From Octopus bimaculoides (taxonomy: Eukaryota): a DNA stretch of 40,958 nt. A program made the position numbers and the translations under genes. A model generated the notes under the pieces. That model was not told where the DNA came from and did not search any database. It saw only the letters and a list, made by a program, of their open reading frames with translations. This document shows positions 25,779 to 38,770 of this stretch, piece after piece. Position 1 is the first letter of the stretch, and each line of letters starts with the position of its first letter. The DNA is taken from contig NC_068982.1 in the NCBI RefSeq assembly GCF_001194135.2, positions 85,130,098-85,171,055 on the forward strand. Direction: 5' to 3'.

Positions 25779-28700
25779 GGGTAATTCCATATGAAATCAA
25801 TGTAATTTTTAAAAAAACTAAAGGTGACCAAAACTGATTTCTTTCAAACTTTGCATGCTAAATTACCTTCATATGAAACCTTTAAATACGAAATATATTT
25901 TTACCTGACTCCAGTATTTGCTGAGTTATGACCATTTGAAATTTTCAAAAAAGTGACATTTTTCAGTTACTCAATAACTTTCAGAAGCCATATCTCAGTT
26001 ACTATTTGAACTAGAAAGGTCAATTTTCTTTTTCATTTTAAAGCATTTAAATAGATCTACAACTTTTGTGTACTGTTTCCTTAGAATAAAAAAAAGTTGA
26101 CCTAAAATTTGACCTTTGACCTTTCATTGGTCAAAAAATCTGGTCATTGATTTTTTTGAAATGTTGTCCAAATATTGCCCTCCTTAGTCACAACTCACAT
26201 AAAACAATTCATACCTGGGATCTCAATGGGAAGTATTTTTAATAAATATAATTATAGTGAAAAGTAGAGAGAAATTATCAAACATCGCTTACTAAGCAAG
26301 ACAATTTGAGCTTGAAGGAGAAAACAAAGTGCTGATAATCAAAACAAGCATTTTTATTATTTCAGTAATAATGTCTACTTTAACTGTCACTACTCTTCAG
26401 CTCTGCTATGGTCAATGGTGGCAATGCCACTGCCAACACTTAGAATCATTAAACAAATTGTTGGCNNNNNNNNNNTAATGTCTACTTTAACTGTCACTAC
26501 TCTTCAGCTCTGCTATGGTCAATGGTGGCAATGCCACTGCCAACACTTAGAATCATTAAACAAATTGTTGGCATCCCCATCACCTAAGGGGCCACTCTTG
26601 ATAGCTTAGCAGATGAAGCCACATGTCTCAACCTCCCACCCTTGCCTTGCTTTAAATGCTTAGGTACTTGTTAGATGAAATTCTGAAATCTTCAAAATTT
26701 AATGAGACAATTTTCTTTAAATTAATAATTGTGATGCATTTTTCATTTCTTTTTTTGTCAAAGTATATGTTCTTCCTGTAGCAGTTCTGGGGCCAAATTT
26801 ACAAAAGATATCTAAATAATCCACTGTTAAAACATCTTACTTTCTAGGATACTGAAATGATTATGAGGGTCCTTTAGGTTCAAGAAACGTGAGTTTTACT
26901 TGCATAGTTTTAGGGTATGTTTCTAGAACACAGGCTAACTACCAATCACCATCATAAATTGCAGCTACTAACCCTTTTATATCTTCAAACTGAATAGCAT
27001 CTTACATGGAGATTCTAATTTTAATATAATTGTATACTGTAGATATCATTTTTACTTTAATTTCTGAAGGTGGGTTTGGGATAAAGCAATGTAACTTTTG
27101 TGTCCCTGGAATTGTCCTTGCATTTCTAAATCTCTCTCTCAAGAGATTTTCCTCATTCTGCATTTCATCATTTGAGGAGTAGATAAAATTAATTCCAGGA
27201 ATGTTTTGCTGACCATAATCATAAAGTTGTCACGGAGTCATGATTTGTTCATTGAAAGGTTGTTGAAAACTTGCCCGAGCTGCCATTCACTTAATTGTAC
27301 TTCCAAAGCCATCACAAGATTCCTTGCCATAAGAAGTAGCATCAGTTTGGAAATGTATAGAACAGTAGCATAAATTTATAAAATTCATACAATTTTTATA
27401 CCGTGAAGCAGCACCATCTGAAAAATAGATAACTTTGTTGATATTAAAGGCTTTGCCCCAAAGAAAATCTATAAGCTTTTTCTTTGGAAGAGATGGCCGG
27501 CTTCAGAGAGTCAGATATAACAACAACATCGATGTTAGTCACATCATTGTTTCATCATCATCATCATCGTTTAACGTCCGCTTTCCATGCTAGCATGGGT
27601 TGGACGATTTGACTGAGGACTGGTGAAACCGGATGGCAACACCAGGCTCCAGTCTGATTTGGCAGAGTTTCTACAGCTGGATGCCCTTCCTAACGCCAAC
27701 CACTCAGAGAGTGTAGTGGGTGCTTTTACGTGTCACCCGCACGAANNNNNNNNNNNNNNNNNNNNNNNNNNNNNNNNNNNNNNNNNNNNNNNNNNNNNNN
27801 NNNNNNNNNNNNNNNNNNNNNNNNNNNNNNNNNNNNNNNNNNNNNNNNNNNNNNNNNNNNNNNNNNNNNNNNNNNNNNNNNNNNNNNNNNNNNNNNNNNN
27901 NNNNNNNNNNNNNNNNNNNNNNNNNNNNNNNNNNNNNNNNNNNNNNNNNNNNNNNNNNNNNNNNNNNNNNNNNNNNNNNNNNNNNNNNNNNNNNNNNNNN
28001 NNNNNNNNNNNNNNNNNCAGCCCAGGTCTTCCTGGGCCTACCTCTTCCACGGGTTCCCTCAACTGTTAGGGTGTGGCACTTTTTCACGCAGCTATCCTCC
28101 TCCATTCTCACCACATGTCCATACCAGCGCAATCGTCTCTCTTGCACGCCACAACTGATGCTTCTAATGTTCAGCTTTTCTCTCAAGATACTTACACTCT
28201 GACGGGTATTCAACAGATGGATGGTGGCTTGGGCATTGTTCCAATGAAATCCTTGTACAGCATCTTGCAAGATGAATGAAATATCTGCAATGACTAAGAT
28301 TTCTTCTTCACTTGATTCTTTTAGATTATTTCTTTGCAATGAAATCATGTACTTTAAGTGCTTTAAGCTTTTGACAGAAAATTTCAACAAAATCATCTGT
28401 TGATTTTGATATCTTTTCTAAGATTGTTCTGTTTGTTGTTAGTCATTGCTTATACTGTACTTCATCAATCATATTCACATTAAACATTTCATATAAGAAT
28501 TTTTCAAGCTCTTCTAGCAAAGAATTGTTATTTTAACAGTTGCCCATGCAGCAATTGTTTGTTGTTGGGTTGCAAGTAATTGATTCCAAACATTGTTTAT
28601 AAATAGTCAAGTGATTTATTCACATTGTACTGAATTAATCATGGCTTTGAGATGTCTATAATGTGATTTCTTGAGTTTAGAATGACATTGTAGGGTAGGT

Positions 28701-30072
28701 GTAAGCGGTTGGATCTATCCACTTGGAACATATAAAAGAGGTATAATATTTGGGCAGGATATGGTCAGTTTAAATGCTAAAGGGTTAAACAACTGGAAGG
28801 CTTTCTTTAGGTTACCAAGTATGAGGTACTTTTGCTCATGGACTCCTTTGCCATCTTCTTTTACTGATTTGTAATCCTTTTTTCCTGGCATAACTCTGTT
28901 TACTTTATTTTTATAAAACTGAGAAACTCAATTGGCAGTTTCTATGGCTAGGATGAGATAAAATCCCTTGCTCATTGACCAGCTTTTTAGCTTGTCTAGT
29001 CATGTAATCAGGCACATTGAACTCCTTTTGGATTTTCCTCAGATGAGCATTTTGGCAGAATTGTTAAAATTTTCAGTTTTTCTGATCTTTTTTCTGTTGT
29101 GAATTTTTCTTTTAACTGTTCGACTATTTCACTTTCAGGGTGATGATCTTTAAGTTCTTTTGATGGTTCCCTGACTTCCCTTCTAGGTGTAATGATTTGC
29201 ATCTTTTTTTAATTTTTTTCTCAATGTACATGATGATAGTATCTATCTTTTGTTTTTTTTATTGAAGATTCTCCAATTTCAGACAGAGCGTTGTTGAGTA
29301 TCTTTAGTTCTGCATTTTCTTCTATGAAGACATCTGTCAATGATGAGGTTACTTCAGTGGTAGTTGATGTATCATCTCTTGTATCTTCTGGTGATAGTTC
29401 AATTTGAAATGTGGGCAAAGTTTTTCTGCAAAATCTTCTGTTATCGCTCTTAAACCCTTTTTCACAGGTGCTTTATGCTTTTTAAATGGATCACTACACT
29501 TTACTTGCATAGCTAAAAATCTTTCTTTTATATCTACCTGTAACCAGGAATTAACTAAAATGGTCACATATACCTAATCTGAAAAAAAAAAAAAAGAATT
29601 AAGTATTTTAATTAGGTAGTATAACATGAACCAGGAATTAACTAAAATGGTCATATATATCTAATCTGAAAAAAAATACGAAGTAATTTAATTAGGCTGT
29701 ATGACATGAACCATAGTTAATAGAAGACCTTATAACTACAATTCCCACAGAGATCCCAGTCTGAATTTTTGTGTGAGTTGTGACTAAGCAGGACAATATT
29801 TGGACAAAATTTCAAAAAAAATCTATGACCAGGTCTTTTGACCAATGAAAGGTCAAAGGTCAAATTTTAGGTCAACTTTTTTATTTTTATTGTAAGGTAA
29901 AAATTAAGCTTTCTAGCTCAAATAGTAACTGAGATATGATTCCTGAATGTTATTGAGTAAAAACTATTTCATCTTTAATGGTTTCATATGAAGGTCATTT
30001 ACAATGCAAAGTTTGAAAGAAATCAGTTTTGGTCACCTTCAGCACTTGCATTGATTTCGCATGGGATGACCC
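25779..30072 (-). mobile_element. Sola2-like DNA transposon with 4-bp TSD
   Basis: cttt|GGGTAATTCCATATGAAATCAATG ... CATTGATTTCGCATGGGATGACCC|cttt. Long imperfect inverted subterminal blocks (about 25830-26215 vs 29765-30045). Minus-strand transposase relics: CSDPFKKH..PVKKGLR, EKLKILTILPK, QDAVQGFHWNNAQATIH, YFSDGAASRYK, ATSYGKESCDG. Confidence 0.8.
27552..28209 (-). mobile_element. Young 5'-truncated RTE inserted in the Sola2-like transposase
   Basis: RQSVSILREKLNIRSISCGVQERRLRWYGHVVRM...GRPRKTWA, with a (GAT)n tail at 27552. Nearly identical to 40680-40870. Confidence 0.9.
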
Positions 30073-31105
30073 CTTTGGAACAAACATTAACTGATGGTGT
30101 CTACTTCTATGCCAGATTAGACAACAAATTCTTTAGTCTGTCAAGGTTGAAAGTGAAATCCAGGGTTTGTCAGGTACTCAGCAGAGAAATGCTGTTCGCA
30201 GACAATGCAGCACTAACAGCTCACTCTGAGGAGCAAATGCAGCACCTCGTGGATAAACTCTCAAGAGCCTGCCAGGAATTCAGCTTGACCATTAGTCTGA
30301 AGAAAACAATGTGCTGGGCTAAGGTGTTAAAGCACTCCTCTACCATCACCACCTACCTTGGTTCTATCATCACTGATAAACTCTCCTTAGACCTTGAGAT
30401 CAGCAGGCCAGTTTGACAAGCATCCTCCACATTTGCCAGGCTGACAAAGAGAGTCTGGGAGAACAGAAAACTGATGACAAACATCAAGATTACCATCTAC
30501 AAGGTAGGGTCTTCAGCACACTATATAATGGCAGTGAGACATGGAGTCCCTACTCCAGACAGTAGTGGTGTCTCAATGTCTTCCATCTTTGTAGCCTGCA
30601 TTTTAGATATCAAATAGACAAACTGAGTCACCATCACTGAAGTCCTCAACTGTGCAAAGATAGCCAGCATATTCACACTGCTCAAACAGCATCATCTTCA
30701 CTGGCTCAGTCATGTATATGCCATACTGGATGGAAGGATTCCAAAACACCTCCTGCATGGGGAACTGATAACTGGCACAAAAGCACAAGGATGATCTCAT
30801 CTTTGTTTCAAGGACATATGCGAGAGAGGTATGGAGTCAATAGTTCTGGACATCCTGAGATGGGAAGATGTTGCTTATGATCACCCATGCTGGAGATGAA
30901 TTCTATGCAAGGGGAAGAGAAACAGAAACTTACACCAAAGAAAAATGCAGTAGTGCCAGTGGAGAACATCTTCAGTCACTGTATGCAAGACTGCCACTCC
31001 CACATGGATCTGTGCAGCCGCAGCAGATGCTGTGCAGCCACCAGTAGCTGACACAAAATTCTCCTGGTTTAGATCCATGGTCTTTCAAGACCAAGAGACG
31101 CTATC
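30073..31105 (+). mobile_element. RTE (BovB-like) LINE, right part through the 3' end
   Basis: DGVYFYARLDNKFFSLSRLKVKS...MLFADNAALTAHSEEQMQHLVDKLSRACQEFSLTISLKKT...; continues the RT left off at 25778. Confidence 0.85.
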
Positions 31106-31899
31106 CTATATATGTGTGTGTGTGCATGCGTGCGTGTGTGTGTATTGCCTTTTATCTTTTATTTGTGTTGTGGCAAGAGTACGACACCCTCTGACAAGAA
31201 TGGATGAGACCACTACATATAAATAGTAGCAGTCTTCATACCTTTGACACATCTGTATTTTTGTGGAGTCCACAAAAATACAGATGTGTCGACCCAGAAA
31301 GTACAACTAAAAAACAGTGCCAAGCCCCAAGCCATATTATGGATGTGGAGGCCCACACTTCAGAAAAGTGTGTCGATTTAAAATCTGAAGATGCTATAGT
31401 TGTCAGAAACTTGGTCACAAGAGCTCACACTGCAGGACAAGATCACACATTCACATGCTCATACCGAAGGAAGAAAGAAGTCCAAAGTCTCTATCTGATC
31501 TGATATAAACGAAATTGTTACAAACACACATATGGACGCACATACTTACATATAAGCACGAACACATAAGTGCGTGCACACATATGAGTGTGCACACATA
31601 CGAGCTTGCACACACTCACATGCTCATACCGAACAGTTTCAAAACAACGCCAAATCATACATTCAAAATAAATGGAAGTGGAGAGACAAATTACTGAAGA
31701 GATTGCAAGAGTGCAATGAAATAATTTAACAAAAAACTATATAAATTAATAAAGGACTGAACCAGTGCGTGTGTTTATTACCGGCATAATGCCTCTCCCA
31801 AGGTTTAATTGTAAGATTACAAGGGTTGAACACAAAAAGTTCTAAGGTGTTTTCAGCAGAAAGTGAATAAGACACAAAAACAAGAAAATTCGAACACGT

Positions 31900-34105
31900 A
31901 AAAATAAATGGTGTAAATATTAAACTACAGTTAGATATGGGTAATGATATTTCAATCATAAATGCTTATACATGGAGAAAAATTGGGAAACCAAGGTTAC
32001 GTAAAACAGCAAAAATTGTATATGGTGTTACAGGTAATAAATTACATTCCAAGGGCAAAATGTATAGACGTCACATTTTGAGGAGAAACATGCGAAGCAA
32101 AAATATTCATTGTAGAGAATACAATCAATCTGTTTGGTACAGATCGGTTGGAGCTATTTGACTTGTGGCACATCTCCATAAGTCTCTACTGCGAAAACAT
32201 AAATGGTTGTCCCATTATAAATAAACTGTCTGAGGAATTGAAGAGAAAATTGAAAAAGATGTTTCCTCAAGTACTTACGGAAGACTTAGGTCTATGTAAA
32301 AAGATTGAAGCTTGCTTGAAGTAAGTGAAAACACTGTGCCTGTATTTAAATCTAACAGTAAAGTACCATTCATAACAATTGAAATCGTAAATGAAGACTA
32401 GGACAGACTGGAAAAGAGTGGAATCATCACAAAGGTGGATTACTCTAAGTGAGTGACATCCATGGTGTACATTAAAAGGAAAAATAATAAGATTAGGCTG
32501 TGTGCTAATTTCTCTACAGGATTGAACGACTGCTTAAAGACATGCCACCATCAACTCTTGACTCGAGAGAACATTTTCACAAAATTAAATGGTGGAAAAA
32601 ATTTCTCTAAATTGTATGTCTGACACTTATTTACAGATTAAAGTATCTGACAATAAATACATATAGAGGATTGTACAGATAAACCCAGTTACCTTTTGGA
32701 TTAAAGGTTACACTGGCAATATTTCAGCAAATCATGGACGCTATGTTATCTGATTGTGAATTTGCAATCCCTTATTTAGACTATATTGATTAAGAGTAAT
32801 TCGCGTGAACAACATGTGGAGCATATAAAAGCTGTTGCTCAAGAAAATTAAAGAGTATGGGTTCATTTTGAGTGAAGAAAGAAGCAAATTTTTTTTGCCT
32901 CAAATTAAGTACTTAAGGTAAATAACTGATAAAAATGATAGATGGCCTGAACCATCAAGGGCAAACACAATAAAGAATATGCTTGCTCTGACAAATATAC
33001 CAACATTACAAACGTTTCTTGGGTTGGCAAACTACCACCAAAACTATATTCCTAACATGCACAAATTGAGAGCTTCATTGAATGACTTATTAAAAAAAGG
33101 AAGGTAAGTGGAATTGGTCAAAACATATTTGAAGAAATAAAAAAAAAATTCTAATTGTAGATTTGTCTCTAGTGCAGTTCAATCCTGAAATACATATTGT
33201 TGTAGCATCTGATGCTACAAAGTATGGAATAGGGGCAGTTTTGCTACACAAGTATAAGGATGGAAGTACAAAACCAGTGATTCATGTTTCATGCTTGCTG
33301 ATAGCAGCAGAGTAAAAATACAGACAGATAGAAAAAGAAGCCACGTCGATTATCTTTGCTTAAAAAAAAATTTCACAGGTTTCTACATGGTAGAAGTTTT
33401 CTGTTACAAACAGATCATCAATCATTGCTATCAATTTATGGGTCAAAGAAAGGGTTACCTACCCATACAGTGAACTGACTACCATCTTGGAGTATAATAT
33501 TACTAAATTACAATTTCAAAATGCAGTATATCCCATTGAAAAAAATTGGTCATGTGAACTGTTTATCGAGACTAATTCCCCAAAATATGGAACCACTAGA
33601 AGATACTATAATAGCAACACTGCAGGCAGAAAAGGAAATATAAAGTATTATGACTAATGTTATCCAAGACTAATGTTATGCCAGTGACTGCACAGGATAT
33701 AAGAATGAAATCTGTAGGCGATGGATGAGTATATTATAAAAATGAAAAAAATCTTTAAAAAATAAGCAGAATAAAAATACAAATTCAAGTAGTTTCCCAA
33801 TTTGCATCGATAAAAATGTGTATTGCAGCAATTCCACAGCAGACACCCAGGAATGTCAAGGATGAAAGCTCTGATGAGGAGCTACATCTATTGGCTGACT
33901 ATGGGTCAGGATATCGAAAACTCGGTGAGAACTTGTCAAGGTTACATACTCACAGCCAAAACCCCACTGGTAAAATATCAATCATGGCCAGAGATTGAGA
34001 ACCCATGGTCTAGGTTTCATATTAACTGTATCAGACCAGTGAACAGAGCTTACTATCTAATCATGGTAGACAGCTGTACAAGTGGCCAGATTGAAGACAT
34101 TTGAA
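31900..34105 (+). mobile_element. Gypsy/Ty3 pol relic (PR-RT-RH-IN order), heavily mutated and 3'-truncated
   Basis: LDMGNDISII (protease); KNNKIRLCANFSTGLND and IPYLD (RT); ASDATKYGIGAVL and QTDHQSL (RNase H); HPGMSRMKALMRSYIYW...PWSRFHIN (integrase). No paired LTRs identified. Confidence 0.92.
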
Positions 34106-34204
34106 AGGATACACTGAATGTAATTTGTAGAACTCTACACGTGCTCCCTTTCGGGTGGACGTCTTGTGTCTAGTTCTGGAAATTATAATTTATAAATCGA
34201 CAGA

Positions 34205-34269
34205 CTACGCTGATGATCCTGCAGATATTTACTTATGTAAATTTTAACAGGTGAAACCATGGTACGTAG
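34205..34269 (+). ncRNA. Type I hammerhead ribozyme motif with palindromic stem III
   Basis: CUACG-CUGAUGA-u-CCUG...AUUUAC uuau GUAAAU...CAGG-u-GAAA-C CAUG G-UA|CGUAG. Core intact, perfect 5-bp stem I, predicted cleavage after A34264. Confidence 0.8.
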
Positions 34270-34699
34270 GTTAATCGTTTTTTTATTTATTTTTTCATTT
34301 GTCTTGCCCTTTTACAGTCTGTTGTGTCGCTAAATTTTTACTGAGAACATATTTTTCATGGTTAGATGATTCGGCATCTATTTCTAGCATATAGGAGTCC
34401 ACTTTTGCTGGTCATTCCTCTTATTTTTGTATGTAATATAATTTTAATCTTCGGATCTTTTTAATATGCTAGACCACTGGTTTTAATTGATTAATATCAA
34501 TTTCTACCCTTATTAATAAATTTTATATATTTATATATATATATATATATTTATATATATACATTTATATATATATATATTCATATTTATATATATACAT
34601 TTCTATATATATATATATTTATATTTAAAAATATAAATTTCTATAGCAGAGTAGGTACAACTTGTCTCTTATATGTAAGTATACATTTTTCTAAATCTT

Positions 34700-35360
34700 G
34701 TATGACTCTATTTCTGTCTATCAGCCCCTTCACCCTTATTCATTCATTCATTCCACTGTCTGTTCTTTAGTTCCCTCTCGCTCACATTTCCTTGCCTTCT
34801 CTTCTTTCCCTCCACTTTTCAATTCACTCTCTCCCTGTCATTTTTCTCGCCCCTCCCTAATTCTTTTGTACCTCTGCCTCTACCTCTCTCTCTTCTCTTC
34901 CCATGGGACAAGTGTTCGGCCAAGCGTGAACTTTCTTGGCTGGCTGTTGTGCATGCTACATTGTTATTCCTCCCTGTGCCTGTGAAATCTTGTATTCCTG
35001 CCATAAGGCCTTATTTCCACAACACCAGCTTAATTTAATTCGTCCTCAGTCAAAAGATATCTGTTGTTGTGTCCTGTTTTATTATTTTTATTGTATTTGT
35101 GTAACATTGTTCGTTCTTTTCCGACCTTGTTTTTGTCTACATTCGCTGCTTTCTTCCAAGGAATCTAATGCTCTTAGCTTAGTTTTTCCTTAGGGCTGGC
35201 CAGATTCGAGCAATATCAAGAATAACTAGCCGAAATTGCAAGGATAATCTGGATCTTCACTGAAGAAAGAAAACTCCGAATGACCTGTCCATGTTTTCTT
35301 TGTATCGTCTGTGTGTTTTGTCCATTTCTTGTATCACCTGTCTGGATGTTTTGTGTCCTT
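34700..35360 (+). repeat. Dispersed repeat related to 4860-5400
   Basis: Shares the same motif blocks as 4860-5400; pyrimidine-rich on the plus strand. Confidence 0.5.
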
Positions 35361-35461
35361 GTCTCATTCTGTATTATTTATACGCATATTTATACATATA
35401 CATATATATATATATATTTATACAGTTATATATATATATATATATATATTTATATACATAC

Positions 35462-35517
<56 letters not shown>

Positions 35518-36397
35518 NNNNNNNNNNNNNNNNNNNNNNNNNNNNNNNNNNNNNNNNNNNNNNNNNNNNNNNNNNNNNNNNNNNNNNNNNNNNNNNNNNN
35601 NNNNNNNNNNNNNNNNNNNNNNNNNNNNNNNNNNNNNNNNNNNNNNNNNNNNNNNNNNNNNNNNNNNNNNNNNNNNNNNNNNNNNNNNNNNNNNNNNNNN
35701 NNNNNNNNNNNNNNNNNNNNNNNNNNNNNNNNNNNNNNNNNNNNNNNNNNNNNNNNNNNNNNNNNNNNNNNNNNNNNNNNNNNNNNNNNNNNNNNNNNNN
35801 NNNNNNNNNNNNNNNNNNNNNNNNNNNNNNNNNNNNNNNNNNNNNNNNNNNNNNNNNNNNNNNNNNNNNNNNNNNNNNNNNNNNNNNNNNNNNNNNNNNN
35901 NNNNNNNNNNNNNNNNNNNNNNNNNNNNNNNNNNNNNNNNNNNNNNNNNNNNNNNNNNNNNNNNNNNNNNNNNNNNNNNNNNNNNNNNNNNNNNNNNNNN
36001 NNNNNNNNNNNNNNNNNNNNNNNNNNNNNNNNNNNNNNNNNNNNNNNNNNNNNNNNNNNNNNNNNNNNNNNNNNNNNNNNNNNNNNNNNNNNNNNNNNNN
36101 NNNNNNNNNNNNNNNNNNNNNNNNNNNNNNNNNNNNNNNNNNNNNNNNNNNNNNNNNNNNNNNNNNNNNNNNNNNNNNNNNNNNNNNNNNNNNNNNNNNN
36201 NNNNNNNNNNNNNNNNNNNNNNNNNNNNNNNNNNNNNNNNNNNNNNNNNNNNNNNNNNNNNNNNNNNNNNNNNNNNNTATATATATACATTTATATATAT
36301 ATTTATATTTATATATATACATTTATATATATATTTATATTTATATATATACATTTATCTATATATATTTATATTTTTATATATATTTATATTAATA

Positions 36398-37190
36398 CTA
36401 GCAGCTAAGCCCGGTTTCACTTGGTCTGTTTGGATGATGTGGCTGTGATCATTTACGATTTGGCATAATCTATAACAGTGCTTCTCAACCTTATCATTTC
36501 GGGTCCCCTGTTTTGATTGGAGCCTCCAGCTGTATGAAAAATTTCCTGACTCCCCCACCTTGTTAGAAAACAGCTTCAGGAGTTGTGAAGAACGAATTTG
36601 TACATAGTCTGTTTCTGAGAGCTATTCTGTTGGACCTCTGTCTAATCATTAAAATATTGGGTGATCTTTCAACATGGGAACACACGACTGTCACTTACAA
36701 ACCACTTATAAACCACGTGTGTTTATTTACATTTTTGAAGATGATACTTGGTTTCCATAAAAAAATTTTATTTTTTTAATATGCGGTTGGGGTAGAAAGG
36801 GGATCTTTTGAAGTCAGTGTGAAACCGAATGAGACACAGAGAGCGCGGTTGTATGAGTGAACTGGCGTGAGGCAGAAGAATTGATGTGCGTGCGTACGTG
36901 TGTATGTGAGTGTGTGTGTGTGTGCGCGTGCGTGTGTATGTGAGTATGTGTGTGTGTGTATGCGCATGCATGCGTGTGTGTTTCATGGGGCGTGCGAGAC
37001 ATAATGTGTGGTGTGTATATGAATTGCTTTTGCTAGTGTGTGTGAAGAGACAGAGAGAGTAATGTTGATGGTGTGTGTGTGTGTATGAGAGAGAGAGAGA
37101 TAACTGAAATTTTTTAATCACCTTTCGTAGTGAGTGAATGTGGTTCACAGAGAAAAATCGAGAGACAGAGAAGTCCAATTTATATTATAC
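36398..37190 (-). mobile_element. Non-autonomous Helitron, copy 2
   Basis: 36397-36646 aligns by eye with 3774-4020 (actagcagctaagccc...ggacctctgtctaat). The 5' tip gtccaatttatatta at 37173-37187 matches about 4600-4614. Confidence 0.7.
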
Positions 37191-37484
37191 ATATATACAT
37201 TTATATTTTTATATATATTTAAATTTATATATATATATACATTCATATATATATATTTATACGCATATATAAGTTTATATATATATATTTATATATTTAT
37301 ATATATACATTTATATATATATATATATTTATATATATGCATTTATATATATATATATTCATATTTATACATATATTTATATATATATATTTATATTTAT
37401 ATATATATAGTTATATATATACATTTATATATATACATTTATATATATACATTTATATATATATATATTTAAATTTATTTTCTT

Positions 37485-38770
37485 TTTTTCATTTTATCTA
37501 GTTTCAGCTCATGAGCTGTGGCCATGCTGGGGCACCGCCATTTCGTGTTGTTACATAATTTTACTTCACAAATTTTACTTCAGGAATTGACATTTGGTGC
37601 ATGAGAGAGTTTGATGCAGCTGCCCTCATCTGCACCTCCTGCCGCGAAGTTGGTTCATCTGGGACACCTGACAGGGAGAGGTCCAGCCTCATCTTGAAGA
37701 CACCTGTATCCACCCCATGCAGGTCTCTCAGGTCCTTCGGGATGATATTGAAGAGCTGTGGACCTCTGAANNNNNNNNNNNNNNNNNNNNNNNNNNNNNN
37801 NNNNNNNNNNNNNNNNNNNNNNNNNNNNNNNNNNNNNNNNNNNNNNNNNNNNNNNNNNNNNNNNNNNNNNNNNNNNNNNNNNNNNNNNNNNNNNNNNNNN
37901 NNNNNNNNNNNNNNNNNNNNNNNNNNNNNNNNNNNNNNNNNNNNNNNNNNNNNNNNNNNNNNNNNNNNNNNNNNNNNNNNNNNNNNNNNNNNNNNNNNNN
38001 NNNNNNNNNNNNNNNNNNNNNNNNNNNNNNNNNNNNNNNNNNNNNNNNNNNNNNNNNNNNNNNNNNNNNNNNNNNNNNNNNNNNNNNNNNNNNNNNNNNN
38101 NNNNNNNNNNNNNNNNNNNNNNNNNNNNNNNNNNNNNNNNNNNNNNNNNNNNNNNNNNNNNNNNNNNNNNNNNNNNNNNNNNNNNNNNNNNNNNNNNNNT
38201 AGAGTCTTAATCTCTTGAGTCTTTCCCAATAGCTTATATGCTGCATAGAGGCTATCTTCTTCGTGTAGCTTCGTTGGATTGCTTCAAGTTCTGAGATTAA
38301 TTTGACACTGGTTGGTGACCATAGCTGAGAGCAATAGTCAAAGTGGCTTAGAACAAGTGTCCTCCAGAGGACCATCATGGTTTCCTGATCTCTTGTTCTA
38401 AAAGTCTTAAGAATCCATCCGGTCAGTTGCCTGCATTTCATTGCCAATTTAGCGACATGAACATGAAAGGATGCATTATTACTCATGTAAATGCCCAGGT
38501 CTCACACTGACTGTGCCTCTGGGATTGCAGTCCCTCCACGTCCATTGTATTTAACGAGTACTGCATTTAGTTTTGCATGCTGATAGCGCAAGGCTTGAAA
38601 CTTTTCAGCATTAAACTGCATGTTATTCTTTACAGCCCACTTGTATATTTCATCCAGCTCACATTGCAGGTGCATAGTGTCTTCAGGGTTCTGTATAACC
38701 TGTGAGACTTTTGTATCATCTGCATAACTTGTGATCGTGGCTCTCTGTGTGGCTAAGGGCATGTCTGAGA
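37485..38770 (-). mobile_element. 5'-truncated CR1-clade LINE related to the 6.5-10.1 kb copy
   Basis: SYADDTK...NNMQFNAEKFQAL...FDYCSQLWSP...YWERLK...PDEPTSRQE; 3' stem-loop cagctc/gagctg. Confidence 0.92.

Noticed and set aside
26369-26572. Exact 97-bp tandem duplication
   Set aside because: The two identical copies flank a 10-N gap, the signature of an unmerged contig overlap, so it is an assembly artefact.
29543-29715. ~87-bp diverged tandem duplication in the Sola2-like element
   Set aside because: Real but ordinary local duplication in a dead transposon, with no sign of function.
31160-31700. Gypsy 5' LTR/PBS
   Set aside because: No second LTR, TSD or convincing PBS was found, so it is not reported as an LTR.
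35200-35255. Possible hammerhead (ccagatt/aatctgg stem, GAAA plus palindromic ttgcaa), with a counterpart at 5218-5270
   Set aside because: No CUGANGA core in either copy; at most a decayed relic.
35280-36448. Long ORFs of 200-385 aa (also 1972-2709, 12561-13523, 39099-39837)
   Set aside because: They consist of (TA)n translation plus N runs and are not genes.
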